Shown here piece after piece: positions 29,156-39,214 of a stretch of DNA of 64,000 nucleotides (position 1 is the first letter of the stretch; every line of letters starts with the position of its first letter). The translations under genes were made by a program, and so were the position numbers. The stretch spans positions 64,001 to 128,000 of IMG/VR virus record IMGVR_UViG_3300023184_000037. One strand, written 5' to 3'. Under the pieces are notes generated by a model. It ran no database searches. It worked only from the letters and a program-made list of their open reading frames with translations, and was not told where the DNA came from. This stretch comes from a virus.

Positions 29156-29857
29156 ATGAGTAGGGTTAAACTTCCTGAGTTTCCAATTTCTAAGTTAGAA
29201 AAAACTCGTCTTAAAAAGAAATACGTAAAAATATTGGGTGCAACCGAAGGTGTTGACGATAGTATGATTGGCGAAAGTATTGCTAATTACTTAATTCCTG
29301 AAATTGATTATAGGGGAATGGTTTGCCTTGACCTTGGAGCCAACATTGGAGCTTTTACTCAAATTGCGCTGGATGCCGGAGCAAGTAAAGTTTGTACTGT
29401 TGAATGCGATGCCAGAAACTTTGCAAAACTCGAGTCAACTTATAAAAATGATGATTACGTTGATTTGGTTTATGCTGCCGTTTCCGGATTGCCTAATAAA
29501 ACCTTAAAAATATTTAAGTCTGCTAGTCAAAACGCACATTGCTCAACATCAATTGAGAGCAAAATGAAGTTCAGCGAATATGATGAGGTCGAAAACATAC
29601 ACCTAAAAAAGTTACTAAAGAAATACAACCCAGATATTATCAAGATTGATATTGAATCTGCCGAGTATACCCTAATCGATACTTTATTAGATTATGAACC
29701 TAAATATTTATTTATTGAATTACACGCAGGAAAACATAGGGCTGAAATGTATCAAGTACTGGAAAGATTAGAGTCGATTTATCCGCATTCAAGAGTGGTT
29801 CCATTGATTATATTTACCGACAATTTGATAGCGCACGACTGCTTCTTTAAAAAATAA
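29156..29857 (+). CDS. FkbM-family SAM-dependent methyltransferase
   Basis: LDLGANIGAF, VECD, YAAV, KIDIESAEY, IELH. Confidence 0.85.
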   Translation: MSRVKLPEFPISKLEKTRLKKKYVKILGATEGVDDSMIGESIANYLIPEIDYRGMVCLDLGANIGAFTQIALDAGASKVCTVECDARNFAKLESTYKNDDYVDLVYAAVSGLPNKTLKIFKSASQNAHCSTSIESKMKFSEYDEVENIHLKKLLKKYNPDIIKIDIESAEYTLIDTLLDYEPKYLFIELHAGKHRAEMYQVLERLESIYPHSRVVPLIIFTDNLIAHDCFFKK

Positions 29858-29865
29858 AATATAAA

Positions 29866-31053
29866 ATGACTTCAAATAAACAACTGCTTGAGATGGATTC
29901 TCAAGCACTGTTGGATTTAATACCAACAGAAAAAAGACAATTGATCCGAGATTTTGTTCATGAAATGAATCGAAGAGAATATGAGGTTCGTTTTGCAAAA
30001 ACATGTACCTTTGATACTTTTAGACACAGAGAGGGTACTGGAGAGAACATCTTTGGCCATGGATTTATAGTAGAGGGACGTTCAGTTCCATACTTCCACC
30101 CAAACCGTTCATTCCACGATGAGATTATTTGGTTAAATGAAAATGTGTTCTACAATCCAGAATGTACTTTTGAAGACCGATTAATTAATGCAGCAATTGT
30201 AAAGTTCTATGGTCCGTCGAATACAATTAGTCTATTAACACACGACACTGGATTTCCATTCGTTAAATATGACCGATTGGTTAACGACGAGAAGTACGTT
30301 CTGCAGTGTATGGTTAATATGGAGAATGCAAGAAGGCGTGGTGAAAAGATTTATGGTACTACAGAATTACGAACAAGTCTACAGACCGAATCGAGAAATC
30401 ATGCAAGGGTTCTTAAAACTCCTTATGATGTATTAATTGGTGCCGAACCGGATCCAACCAGACAGAGTCGAACAAGTGATATGTTTTTTTGGTTTACCCT
30501 ACTAGGTCCACGTTTTGCAGAATTCTATGCCAAAAAACCGACGATGGAAGAGTCGTTTAACTTTTTAACATCACATCGAGGAATTGGAAACTATTATGGT
30601 TACCATTTTAGTACCAACCTTGCCCGAATGCCAGAAATCGGAACGCCAGACCTATTGCGACCAGGCAGCCTATCTGGAAATCTTAACGAAGACGATGACT
30701 TTGTTGCACCTGGAGTTGGAGCGATGACCACAATCAACTGGTTCTATGAACACTTAGGTTTTTCAATCTCGTCAGAAGTAGGAGCCAAGGTTATCAGACA
30801 AATCAGGGACACTCAACATGAATTCTTTGATTTTACTGGAGAAAATCTTGACTATTTAGAAACAATCACTGAGACCGGAAGATTTACAACGTTTGGTACA
30901 GAAATTAGTTGTTGTCAGTTTGGTGTATTTTTACGATTGAGAGATAGTAAAAAGATGGCCCTAAACCGAGCAAATGCTCCAATTTCTAAAGAACAAATTG
31001 GTGAATCATGCGAAGTAGATGAACCAACATTTAAAAGTTCATGTTTATTTTAA
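29866..31053 (+). CDS. aGPT-Pplase-like DNA base hypermodification transferase (HhH-glycosylase-like fold)
   Basis: LTSHRGIGNYYGYHFSTNL (HhH-like), FVAPGVGA (GPGA-like), EISCCQFGVFLR (ExxLCExxKY-like). Confidence 0.6.
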   Translation: MTSNKQLLEMDSQALLDLIPTEKRQLIRDFVHEMNRREYEVRFAKTCTFDTFRHREGTGENIFGHGFIVEGRSVPYFHPNRSFHDEIIWLNENVFYNPECTFEDRLINAAIVKFYGPSNTISLLTHDTGFPFVKYDRLVNDEKYVLQCMVNMENARRRGEKIYGTTELRTSLQTESRNHARVLKTPYDVLIGAEPDPTRQSRTSDMFFWFTLLGPRFAEFYAKKPTMEESFNFLTSHRGIGNYYGYHFSTNLARMPEIGTPDLLRPGSLSGNLNEDDDFVAPGVGAMTTINWFYEHLGFSISSEVGAKVIRQIRDTQHEFFDFTGENLDYLETITETGRFTTFGTEISCCQFGVFLRLRDSKKMALNRANAPISKEQIGESCEVDEPTFKSSCLF

Positions 31054-31095
31054 ACAAGTTCAAAATTACCTATAAAACTATTATATAAAAAACTT

Positions 31096-31563
31096 ATGGC
31101 AAATATAGACAATCAATGTAAAGACCTGGAAGTTAAAGACTTCTATTCAGATTCGACCACCCACCTGGCGGATATTATGGAAAACCAAAAGAAAATGCAG
31201 GAGCAGACTTATGGCTTTAATTTTGAAAATATGTCAATTAGAGAAATTATGAACTTCTGGCATGTTAATACACATGCAGTAGTTGATGAAATTCACGAGA
31301 TGACAGATGCCCTTGGAGGTATTAAAGATGGTAGTGGAAATGCAGTTTGGAAATACTGGAAAAAAGACTTTTCAAAGTATGAAACTATGAAAATTAGCGA
31401 TCTATCTGAAGAGGACAAAAAAGAACTTTATATGGAATGGGTAGACATACTACACTTCTTTATAAATTATGCGTCTTCAATCGGATTAGATGCAAAAACA
31501 GCTTACAATTATTACTTCGCGAAAGCAGAAGAAAATGTCGCAAGACAACAACGAGGGTATTAA
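31096..31563 (+). CDS. All-alpha dCTP/dUTP pyrophosphatase (T4 gp56-like)
   Basis: DEIHEM, WKYWK, EWVDILHF, KAEENVARQQRGY. Confidence 0.85.
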   Translation: MANIDNQCKDLEVKDFYSDSTTHLADIMENQKKMQEQTYGFNFENMSIREIMNFWHVNTHAVVDEIHEMTDALGGIKDGSGNAVWKYWKKDFSKYETMKISDLSEEDKKELYMEWVDILHFFINYASSIGLDAKTAYNYYFAKAEENVARQQRGY

Positions 31564-31606
31564 ATAAAAGATGTAAATGTTTTCATTTACCTTTGATATA
31601 TAATAT

Positions 31607-32476
31607 ATGAAAGCATTTATATATCAATGGACTAATAATCTAAACGGAAAGAAATACATCGGATCACACATTGGAGAGCCTGAAGACGGTTATGCCGGTT
31701 CAGGCTCTTATTTTAAGAAAGCATTTAATAAATATAAAGATTTTTTTACTAGAGAAATTTTAGAAACTATAGATGGAGAAAATGTCTATGATAGAATTAA
31801 AATACTCGAAGAATCATATTTACAAAAAGTAGATGCTGCTAATAATTCCAATTATTATAATATCACAAATTCATATTATGGCGGTAATGTATATCAAGGG
31901 TTATCAATAGATGATAAAAAGAAAATGATAGAAGGTCGGACCAATGCCGCAAAAAATGATAGATTAAAAAATCCTCAAAAATATGAAGACATTGCTAAAA
32001 AGAAAAGTGCAATTCAAAGAGAAAAAGGTAAAGACGTTTATCAATTTACAAAAGATGGACAATTTATTGCAAAATATTCATGTTTAGAAGAAGCACATAA
32101 AATAACTAATATATCAAAAGGAAATTTACATTGCGCGCTTAATGCTAGCAGAAATTTTGCAAGTGGATTTAGATGGTCTTATAAAAATATACCAAATGAT
32201 TTAATTCCACCTAAAAAACGTAATCATAAAAGTACTGGAAAGCAAAAGAATCCATCTAAACATATCAATATTATATATGTTCAAATAATTCAATGTGATT
32301 TAAAAGGAAATGAAATTCACACATGGAATAATAAAAATGAAATTCAAGAACATTTAGGTATTAGTGCACAAATGATTAATCATGCGATAAATGGTAGAGG
32401 TAAAAATAATACCGGAGAATATAAAGGATTTATATGGAAAAAAGGTAAACAAATTAAAACGACAAAATATAATTAA
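31607..32476 (+). mobile_element. Free-standing GIY-YIG homing endonuclease (Seg-like) with NUMOD1-like domains
   Basis: FIYQWTNNLNGKKYIGSH, YAGSG, YYNI; two VYQFTKDG/IIQCDLKG...GF.W repeats; own late promoter 31595; very AT-rich. Confidence 0.85.
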
Positions 32477-32500
32477 CATGAACTTAAAAAACAATTATTA

Positions 32501-33898
32501 ATGATTTTAGACATCGAACAGCGTGAAAAAGATGTTATCATTTCATACTACAATGACAAAGGAGAAGTAGCATTCAAACAATACCCAGTGGATAAATTCC
32601 AAAATTGGTATGTTTGTGATGACAAAGACAAAGCGGCCAGTCCAGAGTATAAAAACTGGGATGGCCGTCCTGTTAAACTAGGATATGGAAAACAATTCAA
32701 TAAGTTTTCCATTCTTTATTTTTTAGATAATCTTTCAGAGAAAGACAAAAAAGATTTAACAGCATATAATATGCCAAAAACTTATTTTGTCGATATTGAA
32801 ACTGAAATTGTTGACGGCTTTCCAAAAGCCGAAGAGGCCAAAAGTAGAATTCTTTCATTCTCAATAATTACTCCAGACCGTAAAGCAATCGTTTTAGGTT
32901 TAGAGGATATGGCATCGGATAAAATCCAAAAGATTCAAGACGATACCAATGAGTACTTTAAAGATTTTGATATGGACTGGGAATTTAAGTACCATAAGTT
33001 TAAATCAGAGTATGACATGGTGTACACATTCTTAATGAAATTCTTACCAAAGTTTCCAATGATGACTGGATGGAATTTTATTAACTATGACTGGCAATAT
33101 ATTGTTAATCGATGCAAAAGACTTCAAATCGACATCAAAGAAATTGGTATGACAAATTCAATCGATCATACTGATGGCCGACCTCTTCATATCGGAATTC
33201 TTGACTACATGCAATTGTATGACAAATATGACCGAACTGTAAAAGTTAAAGAATCCAACTCTTTGGATTATGTTTCTAGTCAAGTCTTGAACGTGAACAA
33301 AATCAAGTTCACTGGCTCACTACAGGACTTATACCGAGATAACTTTGTCAAGTACATATATTACAATGTGGTCGATTCAGTGCTTGTATACTACATTGAC
33401 CAGAAGTTGAAGTCGATGGAGGTACTATTAACCTTGGCAAACATTACAAATATGCCATTGTATAAAGCAAGTTCTCCAGTGGCAGTTACTGAGGCGATTA
33501 TGGCCAGAAAACTTGCCGAGCAAGGAATGCGAATTGGAAGCGAAGAGAAAAATGATAGTCAAAAAGATGGACAATATGCTGGAGCATTTGTAAAAGAACC
33601 AATCCTTGGATTCTATGAAGGTGTAAGTGCATTTGACTTTGCGTCACTATATCCTTCGATCATGAGACAGTTCAATATATCTCCAGATGCATACATCGAA
33701 AAGATTTATAAAAGTGAAATTGAAGAACGTAGAAAAAATAAAGAGGTTATTGTTTGTGATAATGGTGTAGTATATAAGACCGAAGATTCAATCTTAAGAA
33801 AAATATTAAGTGACCTATATGCGCAGCGTAAAGATTATAAAAAAACTTCTTATGAATATTTCACAAAAGCTGACCGGTTGAAAAAACTGCTCCAATAA
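32501..33898 (+). CDS. gp43A: DNA polymerase B, N-terminal subunit (exonuclease plus motif A)
   Basis: VDIETE, GWNFINYD, YNVVDS, YAGAFV, FDFASLYPSIM; ends after first fingers helix. Confidence 0.9.
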   Translation: MILDIEQREKDVIISYYNDKGEVAFKQYPVDKFQNWYVCDDKDKAASPEYKNWDGRPVKLGYGKQFNKFSILYFLDNLSEKDKKDLTAYNMPKTYFVDIETEIVDGFPKAEEAKSRILSFSIITPDRKAIVLGLEDMASDKIQKIQDDTNEYFKDFDMDWEFKYHKFKSEYDMVYTFLMKFLPKFPMMTGWNFINYDWQYIVNRCKRLQIDIKEIGMTNSIDHTDGRPLHIGILDYMQLYDKYDRTVKVKESNSLDYVSSQVLNVNKIKFTGSLQDLYRDNFVKYIYYNVVDSVLVYYIDQKLKSMEVLLTLANITNMPLYKASSPVAVTEAIMARKLAEQGMRIGSEEKNDSQKDGQYAGAFVKEPILGFYEGVSAFDFASLYPSIMRQFNISPDAYIEKIYKSEIEERRKNKEVIVCDNGVVYKTEDSILRKILSDLYAQRKDYKKTSYEYFTKADRLKKLLQ

Positions 33899-33934
33899 AA
33901 CTTATATATAAATTTCTAAAATAAATTATCACCA

Positions 33935-34912
33935 ATGAGCAATATCTTCGAAAAACGAGTAAATATTTTACCCTACGAATACCCTTCTCTATTAGCATAT
34001 AAAGACGCGATCCGACATTCATATTGGATTCACACAGAATTTAACTTCACAACAGATATTGATGACTTTATGACTAAAGTATCTGACGCAGAACGTGAAG
34101 TAATTAAAAGAGCGATGCTTGCGATTGCACAAATCGAAGTAAACGTTAAAACTTTTTGGGCAGACCTTTACAAAAGAATGCCGATCACTGAAATTGGAGA
34201 TGTTGGTATGACATTTGCAGAGTCGGAAGTTAGACACAAAGATGCTTACGCACAATTATTAAGAATCCTTGGATTAGAAGACGAATTCCAACATGTAGTA
34301 GAGATTCCAGCAATTAAAGATAGAATTGCATACTTGACAAAGTATTTGGATGGTACAAGAAGTAAGGACAATAAAATGTATACGAAATCCGTATTGTTAT
34401 TTTCATTGTTTATTGAGCATGTTAGTTTATTTAGTCAATTCTTTATTATGATGTCTTTCAACAAGGAGAAAAACTTATTTAAAGGTATTTCGAATGTAGT
34501 TGAAGCAACGAGTAAAGAGGAGGAAATCCATGGAAACTTCGGATCTGAATTGATTAACATTATTAAGAAAGAAAACCCAGACTGGTTTGATGAGGAATTC
34601 GAACAACTTATAGATTCTGCTTGTAAAAAAGCGTACCTAGCAGAGGTTAAAATTCTTGATTGGATTTTTGAAAAGGGTGAACTTGATTTCCTATCAAAAG
34701 AAACTATCAAACAATTTATTCAAAATCGTTTTAATAATTCTCTACAACGAATTGGAATGAAACCCGTATTTGAAGTTGATTTTACAGAAATTGAAAAATC
34801 TTTATGGTTTGACGTTGAGATTCTTTCAACTAAAGAAGGTGATTTCTTCTACAAAAAATCGATTGACTACAACAAAAAGTCTAAGGCAATCACCGAAGAC
34901 GACTTATTTTAA
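33935..34912 (+). CDS. nrdB: Ribonucleotide reductase beta subunit, class Id-like
   Basis: AIAQIEVNVKTFW, ESEVRHKDAY, IEHVSLFSQF, EEEIHG, C-terminal ITEDDLF. Confidence 0.9.
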   Translation: MSNIFEKRVNILPYEYPSLLAYKDAIRHSYWIHTEFNFTTDIDDFMTKVSDAEREVIKRAMLAIAQIEVNVKTFWADLYKRMPITEIGDVGMTFAESEVRHKDAYAQLLRILGLEDEFQHVVEIPAIKDRIAYLTKYLDGTRSKDNKMYTKSVLLFSLFIEHVSLFSQFFIMMSFNKEKNLFKGISNVVEATSKEEEIHGNFGSELINIIKKENPDWFDEEFEQLIDSACKKAYLAEVKILDWIFEKGELDFLSKETIKQFIQNRFNNSLQRIGMKPVFEVDFTEIEKSLWFDVEILSTKEGDFFYKKSIDYNKKSKAITEDDLF

Positions 34913-34935
34913 ATTTTAAAAACAAAGAATTCAGA

Positions 34936-36561
34936 ATGGAATATGAAAAGAATTACTGGCTTAACGAAGACAGTAGAACATTTTTATCTAGAGGTTATAT
35001 CACAGAATCTCCAGAGCAGCGAATTAAAGATGTAGCAAACACCGCAGAAAAACAATTAAAAATTGAAGGGTTTGCAAAGAAATTTGAGGACTATATGGGT
35101 AGAGGATTCTATAGTTTATCAACTCCAGTTTGGATTAATTATGGAAAAGACAAGGGACTTCCGGTTAGTTGTTATGGAAGTAACGTAGATGATACTTTAG
35201 ATAGTATTTTAAATGGAAGCAGAGAAGTTGGAATGATGTCAAAATACGGAGGAGGAACTTCTGCATTTTTAGGAAACATCAGGGCAAGAGGAACTAAAAT
35301 TTCGACAGGTGGAACTGCAGATGGTCCCGTACACTATGCCAGATTATACGATACAACAGTTGATGTATGTAAACAATCAGAGGCCAGAAGAGGAGCATGC
35401 GCAGTTTGGTTACCAGTTGAACATAATGACATTTTAGAATTTTTAGATATTGGAACCGAAGGGAATCCAATTCAAAACCTACAATATGGAGTTACTGTTA
35501 CTGACGCTTGGATTGCTGAAATGAAAGCAGGAGATGCAGACAAACGTAAAATTTGGGCTAAGATAATTCAAAGACGTAATGAGTTTGGTTTTCCTTACAT
35601 TATGTTTAAAGACAATACCAATAACAATTCACCATATAAAGAATTGGGACTTGAAATCACAGCAAGTAACCTTTGTAGTGAAATTCAATTACCTACAGAT
35701 TCATTCAATTCATTTGTTTGTTGTTTAGGTTCTATCAATTTATTACATTGGGACGAAATTAAGGAAACCGATGCAATCGAAGTTTACACTCAGTTTTTAA
35801 ACGCAGTTATGGACGAATTCGTTAACAAATCTTATAACATGCCTGGAATGAAAAGAGCATGGAGATTTGCAAATGACCATAGAGCACTAGGTCTTGGAGT
35901 ATTGGGTTATCATTCACTATTTCAGGCTAAATTAATTAGTTTTGATTCACTTCAAGCAAAACAATTAAACTATGAAATCTTTTCAACAATAAAAGAACGT
36001 AGTGAAGCGGCTTCAAGATGGTTACATGATGAGAAAGGTTACCGTTCAATCCGACCAGGATACGCTAACACTACCCTAGTAGCGATTGCTCCAACGAAAA
36101 GTAGTTCATTTATTTTAGGACAGGTAAGTATGGGAATTGAGCCAATCAAATCTAATTATTTTATCAAAGACTTGGCCAAATCAAAAACAATTTACAAAAA
36201 TCCTTTCTTAATTGAAGAACTTGAGAAGTATGGTTTAAATACCCCAGATGTTTGGGAAGGAATCTTAAAGAGAGACGGAAGTGTACAACATTTAGACTTT
36301 CCAACCAAAGAGGTTTTCAAATCTTTTGTTGAAATCAGTCCAAAAGAAATTGTGCTACAAGCGGCTCAAAGACAACATTTTATTGACCAATCACAGTCAC
36401 TAAATTTAATGATACATCCATCAGTTTCGGCTAAGGACATAAATACATTATACCTTTACGCCCATGAGGAAGGGGTTAAAACTCTATACTATCAATTTAG
36501 TCAAAGTTCAGCCCAGTCTTTTGCAAGAGACATTCTTGAATGTTCAAGCTGTGAGGCATAA
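34936..36561 (+). CDS. nrdA: Ribonucleotide reductase alpha subunit (short, no ATP cone evident)
   Basis: PVSC, GGGTS, SNLCSEI, CCLGS, IAPT, KTLYY, C-terminal CSSCEA. Confidence 0.92.
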   Translation: MEYEKNYWLNEDSRTFLSRGYITESPEQRIKDVANTAEKQLKIEGFAKKFEDYMGRGFYSLSTPVWINYGKDKGLPVSCYGSNVDDTLDSILNGSREVGMMSKYGGGTSAFLGNIRARGTKISTGGTADGPVHYARLYDTTVDVCKQSEARRGACAVWLPVEHNDILEFLDIGTEGNPIQNLQYGVTVTDAWIAEMKAGDADKRKIWAKIIQRRNEFGFPYIMFKDNTNNNSPYKELGLEITASNLCSEIQLPTDSFNSFVCCLGSINLLHWDEIKETDAIEVYTQFLNAVMDEFVNKSYNMPGMKRAWRFANDHRALGLGVLGYHSLFQAKLISFDSLQAKQLNYEIFSTIKERSEAASRWLHDEKGYRSIRPGYANTTLVAIAPTKSSSFILGQVSMGIEPIKSNYFIKDLAKSKTIYKNPFLIEELEKYGLNTPDVWEGILKRDGSVQHLDFPTKEVFKSFVEISPKEIVLQAAQRQHFIDQSQSLNLMIHPSVSAKDINTLYLYAHEEGVKTLYYQFSQSSAQSFARDILECSSCEA

Positions 36562-36620
36562 GAAACCGGCAATCTGAAACATGATTGCATTTTAGGACCG
36601 GGACTAGTTCACGGAGGTGT

Positions 36621-36653
36621 TAAGCAGGGAATTCGCTACTCCCTGCTTTTTTA
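36621..36653 (+). terminator. Intrinsic terminator
   Basis: aagcaggga-attcgctac-tccctgctt then T run. Confidence 0.8.
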
Positions 36654-36699
36654 TGTTTAAAATCTAGAGATATATAAATAAAATAAAAATCTTTTGCAA

Positions 36700-37782
36700 A
36701 TGATTCCAATCAAGCTTTTCGAAGAATTCTTATACGAAGAAAATCTTAAAAACAAATATGCTAAGAAAGTGGCATGGATTATGAAGTCTCATGATATTCA
36801 TGCAACTTCAGGCGATGTTAATGGTCGTGAAAAGAAATACAATATTGCCGCTAAAGGTAACCTATTCTTGAACTATGCAACCAAAGAGGACTTTGAAGAT
36901 GATAGCGTTGTAGTACCTGGAGATGTGCCAATACTTAATTATGGCGGAGCAGTCGACCCAGAGGCGATCGGATTCTTAAAGAATAAAGGTATTAACAACG
37001 ATAATCTATACAACAAGAGAGAATTACTTCCACTTTCAGGAGACAAGGTAAAATTTGCCAAAGCAGCCGCAAAATTTGATTGGCTTCCAAAGACATGTTT
37101 TTCAAAAGAGGACGCAATTAAAGGAGACGTCGGTTTTCCAGTAATTGCAAAAATAAAAGATGGACATAGCGGAGTTGGAATTCAAAAATTCGACACTGCC
37201 AAAGAACTTGAAGCGAGCAAAGATAAATTCGATATCTTTTGTCAATTTATAGATTTTGCTAGAGAATACAGAGTAATGTTCTGTAGAGACAAGATTTTTG
37301 TTATTAATGAAAGAGTTCCGAGAATTGAAGATGACCGTTCGATTAAAACAAAAACTGCCGATGAGAAAATCAGTTTTACTTATGTTTATCAAGACCAAAA
37401 CAAGGTCGACCCTAAATTCATCGAAAATGTGTTATCAATTTGTAAAGACGTTAAAACATTTTTAGACCTAGACTTATGGGCCCTAGATATTGTAGTAGAC
37501 AAAAAAGGTAAAATGTGGATTATGGAAACATCATCTGCAACCGGACTTGGAAGCGTTAAAATGTGCGAAGTTTATAAGGCAATGTATGAAGATTTTTATG
37601 GAGAACCCTTAGATGACGAATTCTTAGAGGACATTTACCTAAAATATGTAGTTCCTGGGCATCAGAATTACTACCCAAAATTTAAAAAAGAAATTGACTC
37701 TTCTCAGTGGCCAATGGACTATAAAATATTAACGGATCCCAAAGCAAAAGATGGGTATAGATATTTTTTTAATTTAGATTAA
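36700..37782 (+). CDS. Tagged ATP-grasp (RimK-like) ligase
   Basis: Start ATG 36700 gives MIPIKLFEEFLYE; DKVKF, LPKT, FPVIAK, GHSGVGI, EYRV, ALDIVVD, IMET. Confidence 0.75.
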   Translation: MIPIKLFEEFLYEENLKNKYAKKVAWIMKSHDIHATSGDVNGREKKYNIAAKGNLFLNYATKEDFEDDSVVVPGDVPILNYGGAVDPEAIGFLKNKGINNDNLYNKRELLPLSGDKVKFAKAAAKFDWLPKTCFSKEDAIKGDVGFPVIAKIKDGHSGVGIQKFDTAKELEASKDKFDIFCQFIDFAREYRVMFCRDKIFVINERVPRIEDDRSIKTKTADEKISFTYVYQDQNKVDPKFIENVLSICKDVKTFLDLDLWALDIVVDKKGKMWIMETSSATGLGSVKMCEVYKAMYEDFYGEPLDDEFLEDIYLKYVVPGHQNYYPKFKKEIDSSQWPMDYKILTDPKAKDGYRYFFNLD

Positions 37783-37786
37783 TAAC

Positions 37787-38848
37787 ATGAAAACAGGAAT
37801 TTTTAAAACATCGCTAAAGGAAAACGAAAAACGTATTCCAATCCATCCGGCTCATATTGAAAGACTATCTGGAGATATACTTAAAGAACTCGTATTTGAA
37901 GAGGGATATGGAACTGATTATGGTTATTCAGACATTCAACTTGCACAAATGGGTTGTAAGTTTGCCAGTCGCGAGAATCTTTTTAAAGAGTGTAGTATAA
38001 TCATATTGCCAAAACCCGTTGCCGAAGACTTAAAACAAATGCAAGATGGTGCAACCCTATGCGGTTGGACCCACGCAGTTCAACAGAGAGATATTACTGA
38101 TATTGCAATTGAAAAGGGTTTAACACTTCTTGCATGGGAAGAGATGAACAATGTTAGTAAAAATTCTAAAATGCATACATTCTATCGTAACAATGAATTA
38201 GCAGGTTATGCTGGAGTTATTCATTATTTACAATTGGCCGGTCTTGATGGACACTATGGTGAACGTAAGAAAGTTGTTATTTTTGGATATGGTTCTGTAA
38301 GTAAAGGAGCAATATATGCCCTACAGGGAAGAGGTTTTAATAACATTACAGTTTATACTCAGCGACCTACTCACCTAGTTGCCGATAAAAATCCTGATGT
38401 TTGGTACAAAAACTTTAATGATGACGATATTTGGGAAGACATTTACTCCGCTCATATTATATTTAATGGAGTCCTACAGGACGTAAATAATCCTCTAATG
38501 TTTATTAAAGATTTAGACCAATTAGACCAATTACGTAGAAATTGCGCAATCATCGATATTAGTTGTGACAAGGGAATGGGATTCTTTTTTGCCGAACCTA
38601 CAACATTTGAAAATCCAATTATCAAATTAAGAAGAGGTATTCAATACTATTCGGTCGATCATACTCCAACATACTTATGGAATGCGGCTTCTAGAGAAAT
38701 TTCTGCCGCACTGGTTCCATACTTAAGTACTATAATAGAACCCCAAAAATGGGAGGATAATCCAGTTATCAGCGGTTGTATAGATATTAAATCTGGTGTT
38801 ATTATTAATCAAAACATAAACAGATTTCAAAAAAGGATATATAAATAA
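37787..38848 (+). CDS. N5-(carboxyethyl)ornithine synthase-like (AlaDH/PNT family) NAD(P)H oxidoreductase
   Basis: ENEKRIPIHP, EEGYG, GWTHAVQ, NNELAGYAGV, GYGSVSKGA, IDISCD, VDHTP. Confidence 0.8.
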   Translation: MKTGIFKTSLKENEKRIPIHPAHIERLSGDILKELVFEEGYGTDYGYSDIQLAQMGCKFASRENLFKECSIIILPKPVAEDLKQMQDGATLCGWTHAVQQRDITDIAIEKGLTLLAWEEMNNVSKNSKMHTFYRNNELAGYAGVIHYLQLAGLDGHYGERKKVVIFGYGSVSKGAIYALQGRGFNNITVYTQRPTHLVADKNPDVWYKNFNDDDIWEDIYSAHIIFNGVLQDVNNPLMFIKDLDQLDQLRRNCAIIDISCDKGMGFFFAEPTTFENPIIKLRRGIQYYSVDHTPTYLWNAASREISAALVPYLSTIIEPQKWEDNPVISGCIDIKSGVIINQNINRFQKRIYK

Positions 38849-38861
38849 AATAAAAAAAATT

Positions 38862-39194
38862 ATGAAACATATCCAATTATTTGAAGACTTCTTAAATGAG
38901 GCTTCTGATGCAAAACCAGCAATTTTAGTTAAATTATACAATGAATTGGCTAAAGCTAAAAATAAAAAATCATTGACTTGGGGATTTGATGGAATGGAAG
39001 AATTTCCTCACGTTATTCAATATGACGGTGGATTAGAATCAGAGGCACATAGACACGAAGGTGAGATGGAGACATACTCATTCTATTTGAATGACGATGG
39101 TAAAACTATCCTTGGAATCTATGATTTGAATGGTTATGCTGAAGAGTTAAAAACTCCAAAGGATGCTATTACATGGTGCAGAGCTAATGAATAG
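38862..39194 (+). CDS. Tagged hypothetical protein
   Basis: MKHIQLFEDFLNE; late promoter 38836. Confidence 0.7.
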   Translation: MKHIQLFEDFLNEASDAKPAILVKLYNELAKAKNKKSLTWGFDGMEEFPHVIQYDGGLESEAHRHEGEMETYSFYLNDDGKTILGIYDLNGYAEELKTPKDAITWCRANE

Positions 39195-39214
39195 TAAAAA
39201 TATTATTTAATAAG

